Virus record (IMG/VR): IMGVR_UViG_3300012000_000002
Location: 32,001 to 96,000 of that record
Source of the DNA: a virus
Strand: one strand, 5' to 3'
DNA: 64,000 bases
Shown: positions 44,111 to 54,300 of the stretch, piece by piece
How the letters are laid out: the number at the start of each line of letters is the position of its first letter
Numbering within the stretch: the stretch's first letter is position 1
Notes under the pieces: generated by a model
The model's database searches: none
What the model saw: only the letters and a program-made list of their open reading frames with translations
Told to the model about the DNA's origin: nothing
Made by a program: the position numbers and the translations under genes

Positions 44111-46354
44111 TTACTTTGCGTTTCTCTTCATACCAGCAAGTATTTGCCAGCGTGAAGTATCGAAGCTTGGTTCTACAACTGATTCGGTGATATATCTTAC
44201 TACTGGACGTTGTGCTGATTCTTTAATCATTGCACCGTTTTTCTTGCCAGCATCTAGAACACGCACCAAACGGCTGTAGATTTCTTTTGCTTCTGCAATT
44301 GTGCGAGCACTGTCGAGATACTCAACGATTTTGCGTTTTTGTGTCCCTGTCAATTCGTCTCTCACGAAAAGCTTGTTTACATACAATGAACGTGCTGTAA
44401 GAAGTTGTGTTTCTGAAAGATGACCACGAAGAGCTTTGTTTTCGTTAACAGCCTTGCTAATCATTCTACGTGATTCCTTGACTAGCTCTTCTACTTCTTC
44501 AACTTCTTCATCAGAAGAATCTTCTTCTGAATCATCTTCTTCTGATGCTTCTTCTTCGTCCATTTCAACTTCTAGTTCTTCACCATCAAGTGAAACATTA
44601 ACGTTTTGAACATTAGCACCAGAAACACCATCTAGATCGATGGTAAGAGAAAGTTTTTCTTCTGCTTGTTCACGAAGAGCCTTGAGACGAGCACGGGCTT
44701 TGCGTGCTTCCATCATTACTTCTTCGTCTGCAAGTTCAAGAACAACTTCATCTTCTTCGTGCATACCTTCATCGGTATCATCACCCATTTCGGCCATGAG
44801 CTCACCAATTTCTTCTTCAAGTTGTTCTAGAAGAGATTCTGGGGATGGTTTACCGGGCCATTCTTTCTTTTGTTTGGTGCGGAACGGAGCAGCTTCGGCT
44901 TCGGCTTTAACACCTTTTGGATTGCCAGAAACTTTATGGGCGTGTTCTGCTGAACCGCCTTCTGAGTCACCAGCAGGATCAACCTTGCCTGCTTCGTCTT
45001 CGAAACCTTCTGCGCCTTCAAAAAGCGCACGAACTAATTCTTTCAATGAGTTATTTTTCATATTTTTACCCTTTACTAATGGATTTTGCTTATAACTAGT
45101 GATTACATTTAAATTTTCGTGAAGCAATCCCAATCTGTCTTCATTGAAAGAAAATAGTCTAGGGGATATTGCATTTTTTGCTTTTAAACTAAGGAGGTTG
45201 TTGTAAAGTGAAAAAAGATGCTTTTCATAAGCTTCTTTCACAAACATCAAATTTCCGCTTTCGCTTTTGTTACGAAGGGATTGAATTAAAACTTCTGTAC
45301 GTTCAAGATTTTGTTTAAAATTCTTGTATTCGGTTACAGGAGCAGGAGCAGCCGGGGCAGCAGGAGCACCAGCAGCGGTTGGTGTTGGTGTAACGGGGGG
45401 TGGTGCTGCGCCTGTTGCATCGGGTGTTGCAGGAGCACCAGCAGCGGGGGGTGCAGGGGCAGCAGCGGGAGTTGCTGGGGCACCGGGAGCAGGAGTTGCA
45501 CCAGCGGCAGCATTTAAATCTGTTGGAGCCCCAGCCGCAGGTGCAGGGGCGGCTGCGGCTGGATCAGGAGTTGCTGGTGGAGTTGCTGGGGCTGCTCCTG
45601 CGGCTGGTGGAGCTGGTGCGGCAGGGGCAGGTGCGGCTGCTGCTGGATCGGGAGTTGCTGGAGCTGCGCCTCCTGCGGGTGGTGCTGGTGGAGCTGCTGC
45701 TGCTGGATCAGCGGGAGGAGTTGCGGGAGCAGCAGGGGCAGCAGCTTGTTCTCTTAAAAGCTTTTGCACAGCACGATAAATTTCAGAAATTGATTCTGGT
45801 GTTGCTTCTGGAGAAGGAGGAGGAGGAGGAGGGGGAGGTGCAGAAGCATCTGGTGTTGGTGCCGTTTCCATAGCAGCGGGAGTTGCTTCTGGTGTTGCGG
45901 TTGCTGCTGAAGCTGGTGATGTTTCTTTTTGAAACAACGCATCAACAGGAATAACAATTTGTTGTTCACCTGACGGACCAAGATCAATTTTTCCAATAAC
46001 ATCTGTACCGGGAGTTTTTATTGGTGGAGCAGCAGCAGAAACTGCTGGTGTCATTCCGGGCATTGGTGGTTTTGATTCAGCACCAGCAGGAGGAGTTGCT
46101 TCAACTGGACCTGTTGAACCTGCATCTGGTGATGGGGTTGGAGGTGCAGGAGGAGGTGCGTCTGCTGACGCTGCATCTGCTGGTGGGGGAGGTGGTTCAT
46201 CTTGTTCCAAAATAATGCCAGAAATTTCTTTGTCGATCATTTGTTTGATCAATGGAGACACTGCTTCTAAAACTGCATTCTTTGCTTCTACTGCTGCTGC
46301 ATCACGCAGCTTTTTAGCTTCAATAAGGGCTTCTTGGTACAAAGGTGTTGACAT
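44111..46354 (-). CDS. Prohead scaffold/core protein with a Pro/Ala-rich insert
   Basis: LY.EA..EAK.L...A...AK N-terminus; acidic coiled coil; L.E..LL.AR.LY.NKLF; RWQILAG C-terminus. Confidence 0.75.
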   Translation of the reverse strand: MSTPLYQEALIEAKKLRDAAAVEAKNAVLEAVSPLIKQMIDKEISGIILEQDEPPPPPADAASADAPPPAPPTPSPDAGSTGPVEATPPAGAESKPPMPGMTPAVSAAAPPIKTPGTDVIGKIDLGPSGEQQIVIPVDALFQKETSPASAATATPEATPAAMETAPTPDASAPPPPPPPPSPEATPESISEIYRAVQKLLREQAAAPAAPATPPADPAAAAPPAPPAGGAAPATPDPAAAAPAPAAPAPPAAGAAPATPPATPDPAAAAPAPAAGAPTDLNAAAGATPAPGAPATPAAAPAPPAAGAPATPDATGAAPPPVTPTPTAAGAPAAPAAPAPVTEYKNFKQNLERTEVLIQSLRNKSESGNLMFVKEAYEKHLFSLYNNLLSLKAKNAISPRLFSFNEDRLGLLHENLNVITSYKQNPLVKGKNMKNNSLKELVRALFEGAEGFEDEAGKVDPAGDSEGGSAEHAHKVSGNPKGVKAEAEAAPFRTKQKKEWPGKPSPESLLEQLEEEIGELMAEMGDDTDEGMHEEDEVVLELADEEVMMEARKARARLKALREQAEEKLSLTIDLDGVSGANVQNVNVSLDGEELEVEMDEEEASEEDDSEEDSSDEEVEEVEELVKESRRMISKAVNENKALRGHLSETQLLTARSLYVNKLFVRDELTGTQKRKIVEYLDSARTIAEAKEIYSRLVRVLDAGKKNGAMIKESAQRPVVRYITESVVEPSFDTSRWQILAGMKRNAK
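45311..45760 (-). repeat. GC-rich low-complexity Pro/Ala repeat inside the scaffold gene
   Basis: Repeated PATPDPAAAAPAPAA units. Confidence 0.8.
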
Positions 46355-46406
46355 ACGATAAACTCCTAATAGCGTTAATTTTTATATATGCAACGATTTG
46401 CAAATA

Positions 46407-47030
46407 TCATGTTGGTGGACGGGGGAATTGTCCTCTTGCTGCGGGAATTGATGTACCAGTTGCTGCACCAGAACCAACTCCTAGTTTAAATCTACGTACT
46501 GCTCCAACGTTGTTAACGTTTGTTGTAGAATCTGTATTTTGGTGTTCAGCGTCTGCTGGATTATCTTTGTTAACAGGCCCAGCTTGCAATACTTGTGTTG
46601 CTTGACTTTGTACGGAACGTAGAGCTTCTGGATTGATTCCTTGACCTTCACCGGGAGAATCGATTGTTGGTGTAAATGCATTTCCAACTTTGAGTCGGTT
46701 TCTTTCTTCTTCACTCAAATCGATTGGTTTAACTCTTGGTTCAACATATTCTTCTGTAAGGCTACCACCAGCAGGAACAAAGTTTCTGCGATATTGTGGA
46801 AACATTGAGTTTTGACCATTATCTTCTGGGCGGTCGAGAGTTGCTCTTGCATTAGTCAATGCTGTTTGTTGAGAATCATTGGAAATACCAACTCCTCCAA
46901 CAAATGCGGCTTCAAGACCGGTTTGGTTTCTTACACCCAGAGTTCCTGCTGCTGTTCCCGTGCCATAACCGGGACGAGTTTCGGGTGAAACGGTTGATTC
47001 GTATTTTGGGGGTGGGGTTGCTGCTGGCAT
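46407..47030 (-). CDS. Hypothetical head-module protein
   Basis: 207 aa, low complexity; AAGGAG SD inside a hairpin. Confidence 0.65.
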   Translation of the reverse strand: MPAATPPPKYESTVSPETRPGYGTGTAAGTLGVRNQTGLEAAFVGGVGISNDSQQTALTNARATLDRPEDNGQNSMFPQYRRNFVPAGGSLTEEYVEPRVKPIDLSEEERNRLKVGNAFTPTIDSPGEGQGINPEALRSVQSQATQVLQAGPVNKDNPADAEHQNTDSTTNVNNVGAVRRFKLGVGSGAATGTSIPAARGQFPRPPT

Positions 47031-47076
47031 GATCTATACTCCTTGTAGTTATTTCTACAAGGATAACTATAGATCA
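47030..47076 (-). promoter_or_regulatory. Two-segment SD-occluding hairpin with a late-promoter motif in the 5' arm
   Basis: Stems 47030-47038/47068-47076 and 47040-47048/47055-47063; TAGTTA at 47064-47069. Confidence 0.7.
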
Positions 47077-47090
47077 AATCTAGTTTTAGA

Positions 47091-47585
47091 TTATTCGAAA
47101 CTACCTTTTTTAGAGCCGGGAAGATGTCCACCACCACCAAATCCACCACCAGATTGTGCTGGACGGTTTGATATTGGCTTGTTAAACGCTAAACGTGCCC
47201 ATGCACTTGTAGGATTTTGAACTTGTTGCTGTTGATATTGTTGTTGTAGATTTGCAACAGCTTGTGGATCTCTTGGAGGAAGAGGATTACGTCCTTGTGG
47301 AGCAGCTTCTCCTAGCATTGCAAGGTTAACGCCTGTGGCTAGCGGCATACCATGTTGTTGTTGAGGAAGACTTGTTACAGCAGTATCGGCAAATATTTGT
47401 TCCATGATTGGATTGCCACCAGCAGCCATTTTAATTCTTGGGTCTTGAAGCAAAGCTTGCTGTTGAACAACTTGTGAACGTTCAGCTAATAAGCCACTAA
47501 CCATATGATCTAATGCACCTTCAGCAACAAGCTCTTTAAGGCACTCTTTGATAATCGCTTTAAACTCTGTTTTTTGTATTTTCAT
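47091..47585 (-). CDS. Gln-rich hypothetical protein with an FKAIIKEC leader
   Basis: 164 aa directly after the protease. Confidence 0.7.
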   Translation of the reverse strand: MKIQKTEFKAIIKECLKELVAEGALDHMVSGLLAERSQVVQQQALLQDPRIKMAAGGNPIMEQIFADTAVTSLPQQQHGMPLATGVNLAMLGEAAPQGRNPLPPRDPQAVANLQQQYQQQQVQNPTSAWARLAFNKPISNRPAQSGGGFGGGGHLPGSKKGSFE

Positions 47586-47627
47586 GTTAACTTGCTTCTT
47601 ATTGTTTTTTAGAGATTGAAGAATTGA

Positions 47628-48239
47628 CTAAGGTTTTTTGCGAAGAGCTAATATTTCGTTTGCTGCACGATCAACAAGATCGCTTTTTGTAAAAATATTC
47701 TTGGTAATGCTTGCGTCATATTGTTTTGCTTCGGCCATCATAAACGCACCGGGAGTGCTTGGTTCGCTAACAAAGTCCCAACAAATAATTTGTAAGTCAT
47801 CTTGAACAACGTTTACATTGTTTTCTCTTTGAAGAGAACCTAATGCTCTGCTAGAAATGCCGGGTTTGCATTTTGCTTTAATAATGCTTTCGATTATTTT
47901 ACCGCAAGGTGTATCAAGGATTTCTACCTTGCCGTATACTACGTCGCCTTCCATCCAAATCTCACGAATAACGTGAGAAATGTTTTTCATATTGACAATT
48001 GGTTCGTTAGCATGGTCAAGTTCACCAAACGCACGATTCTCACGAATAAGTTTTTCGTAGTTACGAATCTCACGTTCAAGGATGTGACGAGGATATACAC
48101 GACCGTTTTGGTTTAATGTGTTAGCTTTTTGAAGGATACCATTTAAAACAAGTGGCTTTCCTTCTTCACGTTTATCTAAATCAGAGTCGTTATATTCAAA
48201 GGCTGTGAATTCTTTGAGTAGAAATTTTTTGTCGGTCAT
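47628..48239 (-). CDS. Prohead core protein protease (T4 gp21-like)
   Basis: NQNGRVYP; A.GELDH; GISSRALGS; WDFV.EPSTPGA. Confidence 0.92.
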   Translation of the reverse strand: MTDKKFLLKEFTAFEYNDSDLDKREEGKPLVLNGILQKANTLNQNGRVYPRHILEREIRNYEKLIRENRAFGELDHANEPIVNMKNISHVIREIWMEGDVVYGKVEILDTPCGKIIESIIKAKCKPGISSRALGSLQRENNVNVVQDDLQIICWDFVSEPSTPGAFMMAEAKQYDASITKNIFTKSDLVDRAANEILALRKKP

Positions 48240-49108
48240 TTTGCTTTTACCTCTCCTTCTAGTTTCGATAAGCCAAGATAGAAGGTTACAAGCTCTTCAG
48301 TAACAACTGAAATATCGCTAAAATCTTTTTGCAGTGTGTTGCGAATCTCGTTTAGTTTGTTTGACAAAACTTTATCTTCAGCAAACTCATGAGAGTGAGC
48401 GGCAACTGTTCCAAGAAAACGTTTCTTAAGAATGTCTAGTTTTTCTGCAAGTTGTTTCTCTGCTTGAGAATCATCTTTGCTAAACACATACAAACGAATG
48501 ATATCTTTTTGCTCTAGGTTAAGGTTGTTATAACGCTTGTTAACTTTTTCTGTCATGATGTTGACAACAAGACGATCAACGTCTTCATTTGTCATTTTTG
48601 CTGCTTCATTAGCTTGCTCTTCTGTTTTACGTTTTTCAAGCATATGCTCGATAAGACGTTCTTCTAGTTGAACAGTTTCAGAAACCGATTCTTTTAAGGT
48701 TTCATCCCGCCATGTGTTAAGAAGCACTTGAATGGTTGCAAGCTTTTTATAATCTGGAATTGCTTCTTCAAAGAACAAGTTTGCATTCAAGTTTGCGTTA
48801 ACTTCATGAATAAGAGAAGTTTTTTCTAATTCAAGTCGAGCTTGACTTTGAAACTTTACGGCATCACGCACACGATTAACCATATAAATTGCTTGCTCAC
48901 GTTGAGCAAAGCTACTTTCAGACAATGCTTTAAAGAGTTTGAGTTCTTTGTAAATGTCTGTGGTTTTGTTGAAATGTTTTTTCAACAAAGTTTTGGCTTT
49001 GGATATATCGTTGTCTCGCCCTTCTAAAATAGCTTTGCCGATATAACGGGCGAAGAACTCGTAAAGCAACCCAGTGTTTCGTTTTTTGTTGTGTTTTAGC
49101 TTTTGCAT
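48236..49108 (-). CDS. Conserved head-module protein between portal and protease
   Basis: MQKLKHNKKRNTGLLYE; helical; syntenic. Confidence 0.7.
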   Translation of the reverse strand: MQKLKHNKKRNTGLLYEFFARYIGKAILEGRDNDISKAKTLLKKHFNKTTDIYKELKLFKALSESSFAQREQAIYMVNRVRDAVKFQSQARLELEKTSLIHEVNANLNANLFFEEAIPDYKKLATIQVLLNTWRDETLKESVSETVQLEERLIEHMLEKRKTEEQANEAAKMTNEDVDRLVVNIMTEKVNKRYNNLNLEQKDIIRLYVFSKDDSQAEKQLAEKLDILKKRFLGTVAAHSHEFAEDKVLSNKLNEIRNTLQKDFSDISVVTEELVTFYLGLSKLEGEVKAK

Positions 49109-49173
49109 TTTTTACCTTGCTTACAGATATATTAGATAGCTGCTTGCCGCTAGCCGATTTATAAGTAGAATAC

Positions 49174-51189
49174 CTATTCCGATTTCAACTCTTTTTCTAT
49201 AAGGAATAATTCGTCTGTATCATTCAATGATTGAGTTTTTTCGGTAACTATTTTTACTTGTTTTTGTGAAAACAAACTTTCGTTTAACTGACGAAGGCAT
49301 GTTTGCATTTCTCTAGAAATTCCGATTGGTAAACGATTTTGTGTATCAAACAAATCTTTTTCCATTTCGTTTTCTTCTAACACAAACTTGCGAATCGATT
49401 CAACGTCAAACGGATCTTTGCTGTATCGATTGTTGGTAATATCCAGCATCTTTTTAAAGTCTGGCATCACAAGTGCTCTGTCCCCTGTAAAAGACTTGTT
49501 TCTTCTGGATTTCCTAAAGCTTTTATCTAGGTTTGGTGTTGGGCTAAACCTAATTGGAATTCCACCTTGCGATCCAGCATTTTCTTCACGTTCCTTTTCA
49601 CGGCGAGCTTGATGTTCTCGCTCTTGCTCATGGTTTTGTTGTTCGATTTTACGAACTTCTTTTTTATCGGGAGCAAATGGTGAAGTAGGAACGCTATAGT
49701 TGCTTGGATCAAAGATATCGATATTGCTATCAATGCTTTTATCGAATGGTGGATTCTCTGCGATCTTTTTAAGTTCGGCCATTGTAACTTGATCTTGTTT
49801 AGCTTCTTGCCGAATAATGTTGATTTGTTCTGGGCGAAGACCTAGAATCTCTTTTTGAATATAGTTGAAGCTTAACAAACCAGTTTCTTTTGATAGTTCT
49901 AAAGCTTTTCCGGCAATCTCAAGCTTACTAGAAATCAAAGCTAGTTTTTGTTGCACCGCAACAGTTGATGGATTGCTAAACTTTAAATCAAAGTTCAAAA
50001 GATCGTCACCGGAAAATCCAAGAGAATAAAGATGAATCATTGCAAGTTTGTTAAGTTCTGCAATCAAAATCTTTTGCAAATGTGCAATGGTTCTAGAAAA
50101 TCGAATATCTTCCTGTGCTAGCGTTGCTTTAGAAGAAATAGCTTCGTCATAGGTAAGATAAGCTTTTGGTACCATCAAAGCAGCAATAAGCTTCTTGTGA
50201 ATATATTCTACGTCTTCGATAGCTGTTGCGTTTTGTCCTCCAGCCAACGATTCAATCTTGGTTTGATTGTTTGGTCTGGTTGGCAAGAAATAATCTTCAT
50301 CAATAGCAAGAGGGTTATATCTAAAATCTTGTCTACCTGTTTGTTGTTCAATAACAGAAGCTCCACGCATAGACTCTTTAACAGCTTCCATATAGCTTGG
50401 AATATCGTTTGGATGTACGGCTGATACGTCTACATAAAACACTCTACGTTCTGGAGAGCGTACAAGACGATATACCAACATGCTGTCTTCCATCATGGTT
50501 AGCTGTCTCCAAGGTCTTCTTGCGGACTCTAGAAAGCTTGTACCATATGGAAGAAACAAATCGTTGCCAAGAATACGGAAATGAAGCATTTGCCAGTTTT
50601 CTAGATACTTGCCACCTCTTGTGATAAGACGGAATCTAACGGCATATGGGTCATGCTTGTCAAATCCTTCTTCACGTTCTACTTCATTTACTGGAAGCGG
50701 TTCTACGTTGATTACACCGTAGTCTGGTACAACTTCAACATACATGAAGTAATCACCGTTTTTAACAAGGTTACGAACCATACGTCTGGCATTGAATTCA
50801 ATGTTTAGTACGTCATAAAACAGTTCTTCTAACGCTCGTTGTATTTGTGGTGTATCGCTATAAATGTGGAATGTTTTACCGTTTTCATCTGTTGCACAAG
50901 ATTCATCAGCGTATACGTTTAATGCTGTTGCAATATCCGCTGTGTTTTCCATTTCAGCAAACTCAGCATAACGAGACATACGATCAAGAATACCGTATGC
51001 GCCCATTACCGAGAATGGAGAAGCTTCACGTTTAAATCCGGCAGCACCATAGTAGCCAAGATTGTTTTGAACAACTTGATTATCGTAGAAGTTTTTGTAA
51101 TCTTGTCCTCTAACTTTACGACGTATTGCTGGACCGCTGCGGAATAAACGAGTTAGCCTTTGATAAAAGGATTTTTCTTTTTTGGCCAT
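49174..51189 (-). CDS. Portal protein (T4 gp20-like)
   Basis: L..MED..LVYRL.R.PERRVFYVDV; EDYFLP.R; I..L.GG; YI.KKL..AL.VPK. Confidence 0.93.
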   Translation of the reverse strand: MAKKEKSFYQRLTRLFRSGPAIRRKVRGQDYKNFYDNQVVQNNLGYYGAAGFKREASPFSVMGAYGILDRMSRYAEFAEMENTADIATALNVYADESCATDENGKTFHIYSDTPQIQRALEELFYDVLNIEFNARRMVRNLVKNGDYFMYVEVVPDYGVINVEPLPVNEVEREEGFDKHDPYAVRFRLITRGGKYLENWQMLHFRILGNDLFLPYGTSFLESARRPWRQLTMMEDSMLVYRLVRSPERRVFYVDVSAVHPNDIPSYMEAVKESMRGASVIEQQTGRQDFRYNPLAIDEDYFLPTRPNNQTKIESLAGGQNATAIEDVEYIHKKLIAALMVPKAYLTYDEAISSKATLAQEDIRFSRTIAHLQKILIAELNKLAMIHLYSLGFSGDDLLNFDLKFSNPSTVAVQQKLALISSKLEIAGKALELSKETGLLSFNYIQKEILGLRPEQINIIRQEAKQDQVTMAELKKIAENPPFDKSIDSNIDIFDPSNYSVPTSPFAPDKKEVRKIEQQNHEQEREHQARREKEREENAGSQGGIPIRFSPTPNLDKSFRKSRRNKSFTGDRALVMPDFKKMLDITNNRYSKDPFDVESIRKFVLEENEMEKDLFDTQNRLPIGISREMQTCLRQLNESLFSQKQVKIVTEKTQSLNDTDELFLIEKELKSE

Positions 51190-51209
51190 ACTTTAACCTT
51201 ATTGTTGCT

Positions 51210-51219
51210 TAAGTATTTA
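51210..51219. promoter_or_regulatory. Overlapping divergent late-promoter motifs
   Basis: TAAGTATTTA = TACTTA on minus (towards the portal gene) overlapping TATTTA on plus (towards 51248). Confidence 0.5.
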
Positions 51220-51247
51220 AAAGAAAGGCTAAAAACGATAATCTATT

Positions 51248-51616
51248 ATGCCTCTATCGGATTACGCTAAAGAACGAATCGAATATGTTGCGTCATATGT
51301 ACAAGGTAGTGTAACAGATTGGTTTATTTTAAAACGAATAATATTGCAAGGTATACCGGGACAACATCGCAAGTCTATAGGAATGTCTAAAAGGCATCGA
51401 AGCACCAAAAAAATGATAATCAACGATGTTGATCGTGAAGTGATAGCTTATTGGGAACTAATTACAGGTGTAAAGCTTTGGATTGACCCAGCAAGATTGC
51501 ACGATCCCAACTGGATATATCGACCAAAAGGATGGGCTTTAAATGGTGGCAAACAAAAAGTTCTTGAACAAAAAGTTAAACGAGAAGCGAATGGAGATTC
51601 TTCTTCAAATCATTGA
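51248..51616 (+). CDS. Hypothetical protein
   Basis: 122-aa ORF. Confidence 0.65.
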   Translation: MPLSDYAKERIEYVASYVQGSVTDWFILKRIILQGIPGQHRKSIGMSKRHRSTKKMIINDVDREVIAYWELITGVKLWIDPARLHDPNWIYRPKGWALNGGKQKVLEQKVKREANGDSSSNH

Positions 51617-52595
51617 AGAAGAAATTGATATTGCTCATGAACAACTTATTGAACAATATGATGATTATTCGGACGGCAGTGGTACCGGGGGGCCGTTGCG
51701 AAGAGATCGATTCGTTGGCCAACTATTATCGCCTATTACCGATATATGGAATGCCATAAAGTTCAGAGCAGGAGAAATCGGAATCAAAGCAGTTAGAACA
51801 GTTGGTCAATTAATTTCGAACACTGTTTCTGGTTTGTTGCCATTTAATGAATACAGCAGAGAAAAGCTAAATGATTATTTTGAAAACTGGGAAGATAAAG
51901 CTTTAAGTGGTTTAGATCGTCAATTTGCACAAGAACGCAAACAAATGGACGAAGGTTGGGAAACGTTTAAAACCGATTTTTGGGGTATTGGTTTTGTTGC
52001 TTCTCCAATGAATGCTATAGCTGGTCTTGCGGTTGGTGGCAAAGCTTTAGATACAGCGTTCTCTATTTTAAACGTTGCAAGTGGAGGAAGAGCTGGAGCG
52101 ATATACGATCTTATAACTGGAGAGCGTACAGAAAGAGGATATCGTTACGAAGCATTAGAACCAAAGAAAGATGCATTTAAAGATTTACCAGAAGACGAAA
52201 AGAAAAAAATCTTTGATGAAATCATAGACAACCCAGAAGTTATAAAAGCAGTAAATAAATGGAGCGCAAAAAATTTGCCAAAAGTTATGGGCAGCATCGT
52301 TAAAGATATGAACCAAGCAATAACTTCTGGTAAAGCTGGCAACATCACTTCTAAAGAAATCGAAAGTTACAAAGAAATGGCTCCAAACTTTGTTACAACC
52401 ATATTCGATAAAATAAAAGGCAAAAACAAAAAGTTTGATGTTGAACCTTCAAAAGAAGCTTTGGCAGCCGCAAATCGAGTTGTTGCTGACGAAATTATAA
52501 GTATGCCCGACGTTGTGGTTGAGCCAGAAGAACCAAAGGCTATAGCTTCAACACCGGCTCCACCAAAGCCTGTTGCGGTAAAACCCCAACGATAA
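51591..52595 (+). CDS. Hypothetical protein
   Basis: Likely start MEILLQIIEEEI; Pro-rich tail. Confidence 0.7.
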   Translation: MEILLQIIEEEIDIAHEQLIEQYDDYSDGSGTGGPLRRDRFVGQLLSPITDIWNAIKFRAGEIGIKAVRTVGQLISNTVSGLLPFNEYSREKLNDYFENWEDKALSGLDRQFAQERKQMDEGWETFKTDFWGIGFVASPMNAIAGLAVGGKALDTAFSILNVASGGRAGAIYDLITGERTERGYRYEALEPKKDAFKDLPEDEKKKIFDEIIDNPEVIKAVNKWSAKNLPKVMGSIVKDMNQAITSGKAGNITSKEIESYKEMAPNFVTTIFDKIKGKNKKFDVEPSKEALAAANRVVADEIISMPDVVVEPEEPKAIASTPAPPKPVAVKPQR

Positions 52596-52655
52596 GTTAT
52601 ACAAAAAGTTAAAAACCCAAATATGATATGCATATCCACAAGGATAGGCATAAAC

Positions 52656-52928
52656 ATGGGAAGAAAACAACAAGTTGAACCAGACGAGATGCCGGAAAAT
52701 CTCGCTGAACTTAAACCGATTGTTAACGAGTTTGTTGACAGAATGAGAACTCTTGAAAACGAAGAAGTAACTCTTCGTGAAGCAAAGAAAGAACTCGTTG
52801 ATGAATACGCTTCAAAGCTTGACACAAAAACTTTAAAACTTGCTTTGCGGTTGGTTGATCTCAAAAAGAAAGTGCAACACAAGCACTACTTCGACCTTTT
52901 CCTTGAGATTCTTTCCGATGACCAATGA
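52656..52928 (+). CDS. GapR/DUF2312 (T4 DsbA-like) small DNA-binding protein
   Basis: LKPIVNEFVDRMRTLENEE..LREAKKELVDEY...LD.KTLKLALRL matches the family pattern. Confidence 0.55.
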   Translation: MGRKQQVEPDEMPENLAELKPIVNEFVDRMRTLENEEVTLREAKKELVDEYASKLDTKTLKLALRLVDLKKKVQHKHYFDLFLEILSDDQ

Positions 52929-53815
52929 TACTTATTGGTATGGCATATACCGTTTATCGAATCAAAAGAAAAACAGTCGAAGATAATCGCTCATATATCG
53001 GTGTCACGGGTGTAGAGTTAACAACTCGCCTCTCAAGACATAAGCATGGAAACAACAAAAAACTTGTCGCATGGTTAAAAAAGTATTGGGACGATATCAT
53101 AATCGAATCGATAGCTTTTTTTACTTCTTTGGAAGATGCGCTGTCTTTGGAAAAAACGCTAGTGCCAGCCAAACAAGAAGAACGTGATAAACTAGGTTTA
53201 TTAAATCTAACAGAGGGTGGTGGATCGCCGGGACATTGGGATAATCTATCTTCTGAACAACAAAAGATTAGAAAGACAATATTGTCAGAAAAGCTAAAAG
53301 GAAAAAAAAGATCAGCAGAACAAAAAAAGAGAATGTCAGAAGCTCATAAAGGCAAAAAACAAACACAAGACCAAATAACGAAAAGAATGCAAAGTTACGT
53401 AAAATCCGAAAAACTAAACAGACAAATAATGTTGATATCTCCTGCTGGGGTGAGCGTAACAGAAAAAAATCCAGCGATATTCGCAAAAAAATACAACTTA
53501 GACGATTCTTTGCTGCGTAGGCTTTTAAAGAAAAAGGTTCGCCACTATCAAAACTGGAGTCTTAATGGTGTCCCAGTTTATATTGTTTGTGCGCCTAATG
53601 GAGAAAAGTATGCGTTTTGCAACAAGAGCAAATTTGCTAAAACGCATAACTTGTCACAGGTTGGCATCAGTCATCTTGTAACCAAACGTATACAATCCCA
53701 CTGTGGATGGACTCTTATAAAAGTATCTAGCAACATTATTTTATACGATTCCGATCCAGAGCATTATAAAATATTCCAGAAATATCTGAAAACAGAAGAA
53801 AGAGATGAACCATGA
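52925..53815 (+). CDS. GIY-YIG homing endonuclease with NUMOD-like repeats
   Basis: YTVYRI...SYIGVT...R...H; N...GG; SEAHKGK; two similar C-terminal modules; ATGA overlaps at both ends. Confidence 0.8.
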   Translation: MILIGMAYTVYRIKRKTVEDNRSYIGVTGVELTTRLSRHKHGNNKKLVAWLKKYWDDIIIESIAFFTSLEDALSLEKTLVPAKQEERDKLGLLNLTEGGGSPGHWDNLSSEQQKIRKTILSEKLKGKKRSAEQKKRMSEAHKGKKQTQDQITKRMQSYVKSEKLNRQIMLISPAGVSVTEKNPAIFAKKYNLDDSLLRRLLKKKVRHYQNWSLNGVPVYIVCAPNGEKYAFCNKSKFAKTHNLSQVGISHLVTKRIQSHCGWTLIKVSSNIILYDSDPEHYKIFQKYLKTEERDEP

Positions 53816-54300
53816 GCACAGCAAAGCAAAATCGTAAACTAGACTTTATTCCAGAGATTCTTTATGAATCACCAAGTTATCCCGGTGAAAAAGTTTCTCC
53901 AATTCCTTATATGGTTATTCCAAAAGACAAGGATATGCCTGTAGGATTGTTTCTTATGCGTTATACACAAACAGGTGAATACGAAGTTGGTGATTCTGGA
54001 AAGCCAGAAGAAATCATGGATGGACCACATCCTCATATGTTTGTTGACTTTAAACACGTTGAAGCTGTTCTTCATGAATCTTTCCCCAATCTTCATATGG
54101 GAGATGCTGTTGACAAGATTCGTGTTGGTTTAGGTCTTAAGCCTCTTGCCAAAGCTCGCAAAGATGGTAATGATCTTCTAGAACGTGTTGTCGCTAAAGC
54201 AAATGACATTGCTAGCGTTGCTTTTGAAAAACAACAAGAACGTAAAGCACAATATGAAAATCAACTACAAAAGGATATTGCGGAGGATCAAAAACAATGA
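53812..54300 (+). CDS. Hypothetical protein
   Basis: Coupled operon gene. Confidence 0.7.
   Translation: MSTAKQNRKLDFIPEILYESPSYPGEKVSPIPYMVIPKDKDMPVGLFLMRYTQTGEYEVGDSGKPEEIMDGPHPHMFVDFKHVEAVLHESFPNLHMGDAVDKIRVGLGLKPLAKARKDGNDLLERVVAKANDIASVAFEKQQERKAQYENQLQKDIAEDQKQ

Noticed and set aside
45324-46002. Several Gly/Ala- or Leu/Gln-rich alternative-frame ORFs
   Set aside because: By-products of the GC-rich Pro/Ala repeat in the scaffold gene
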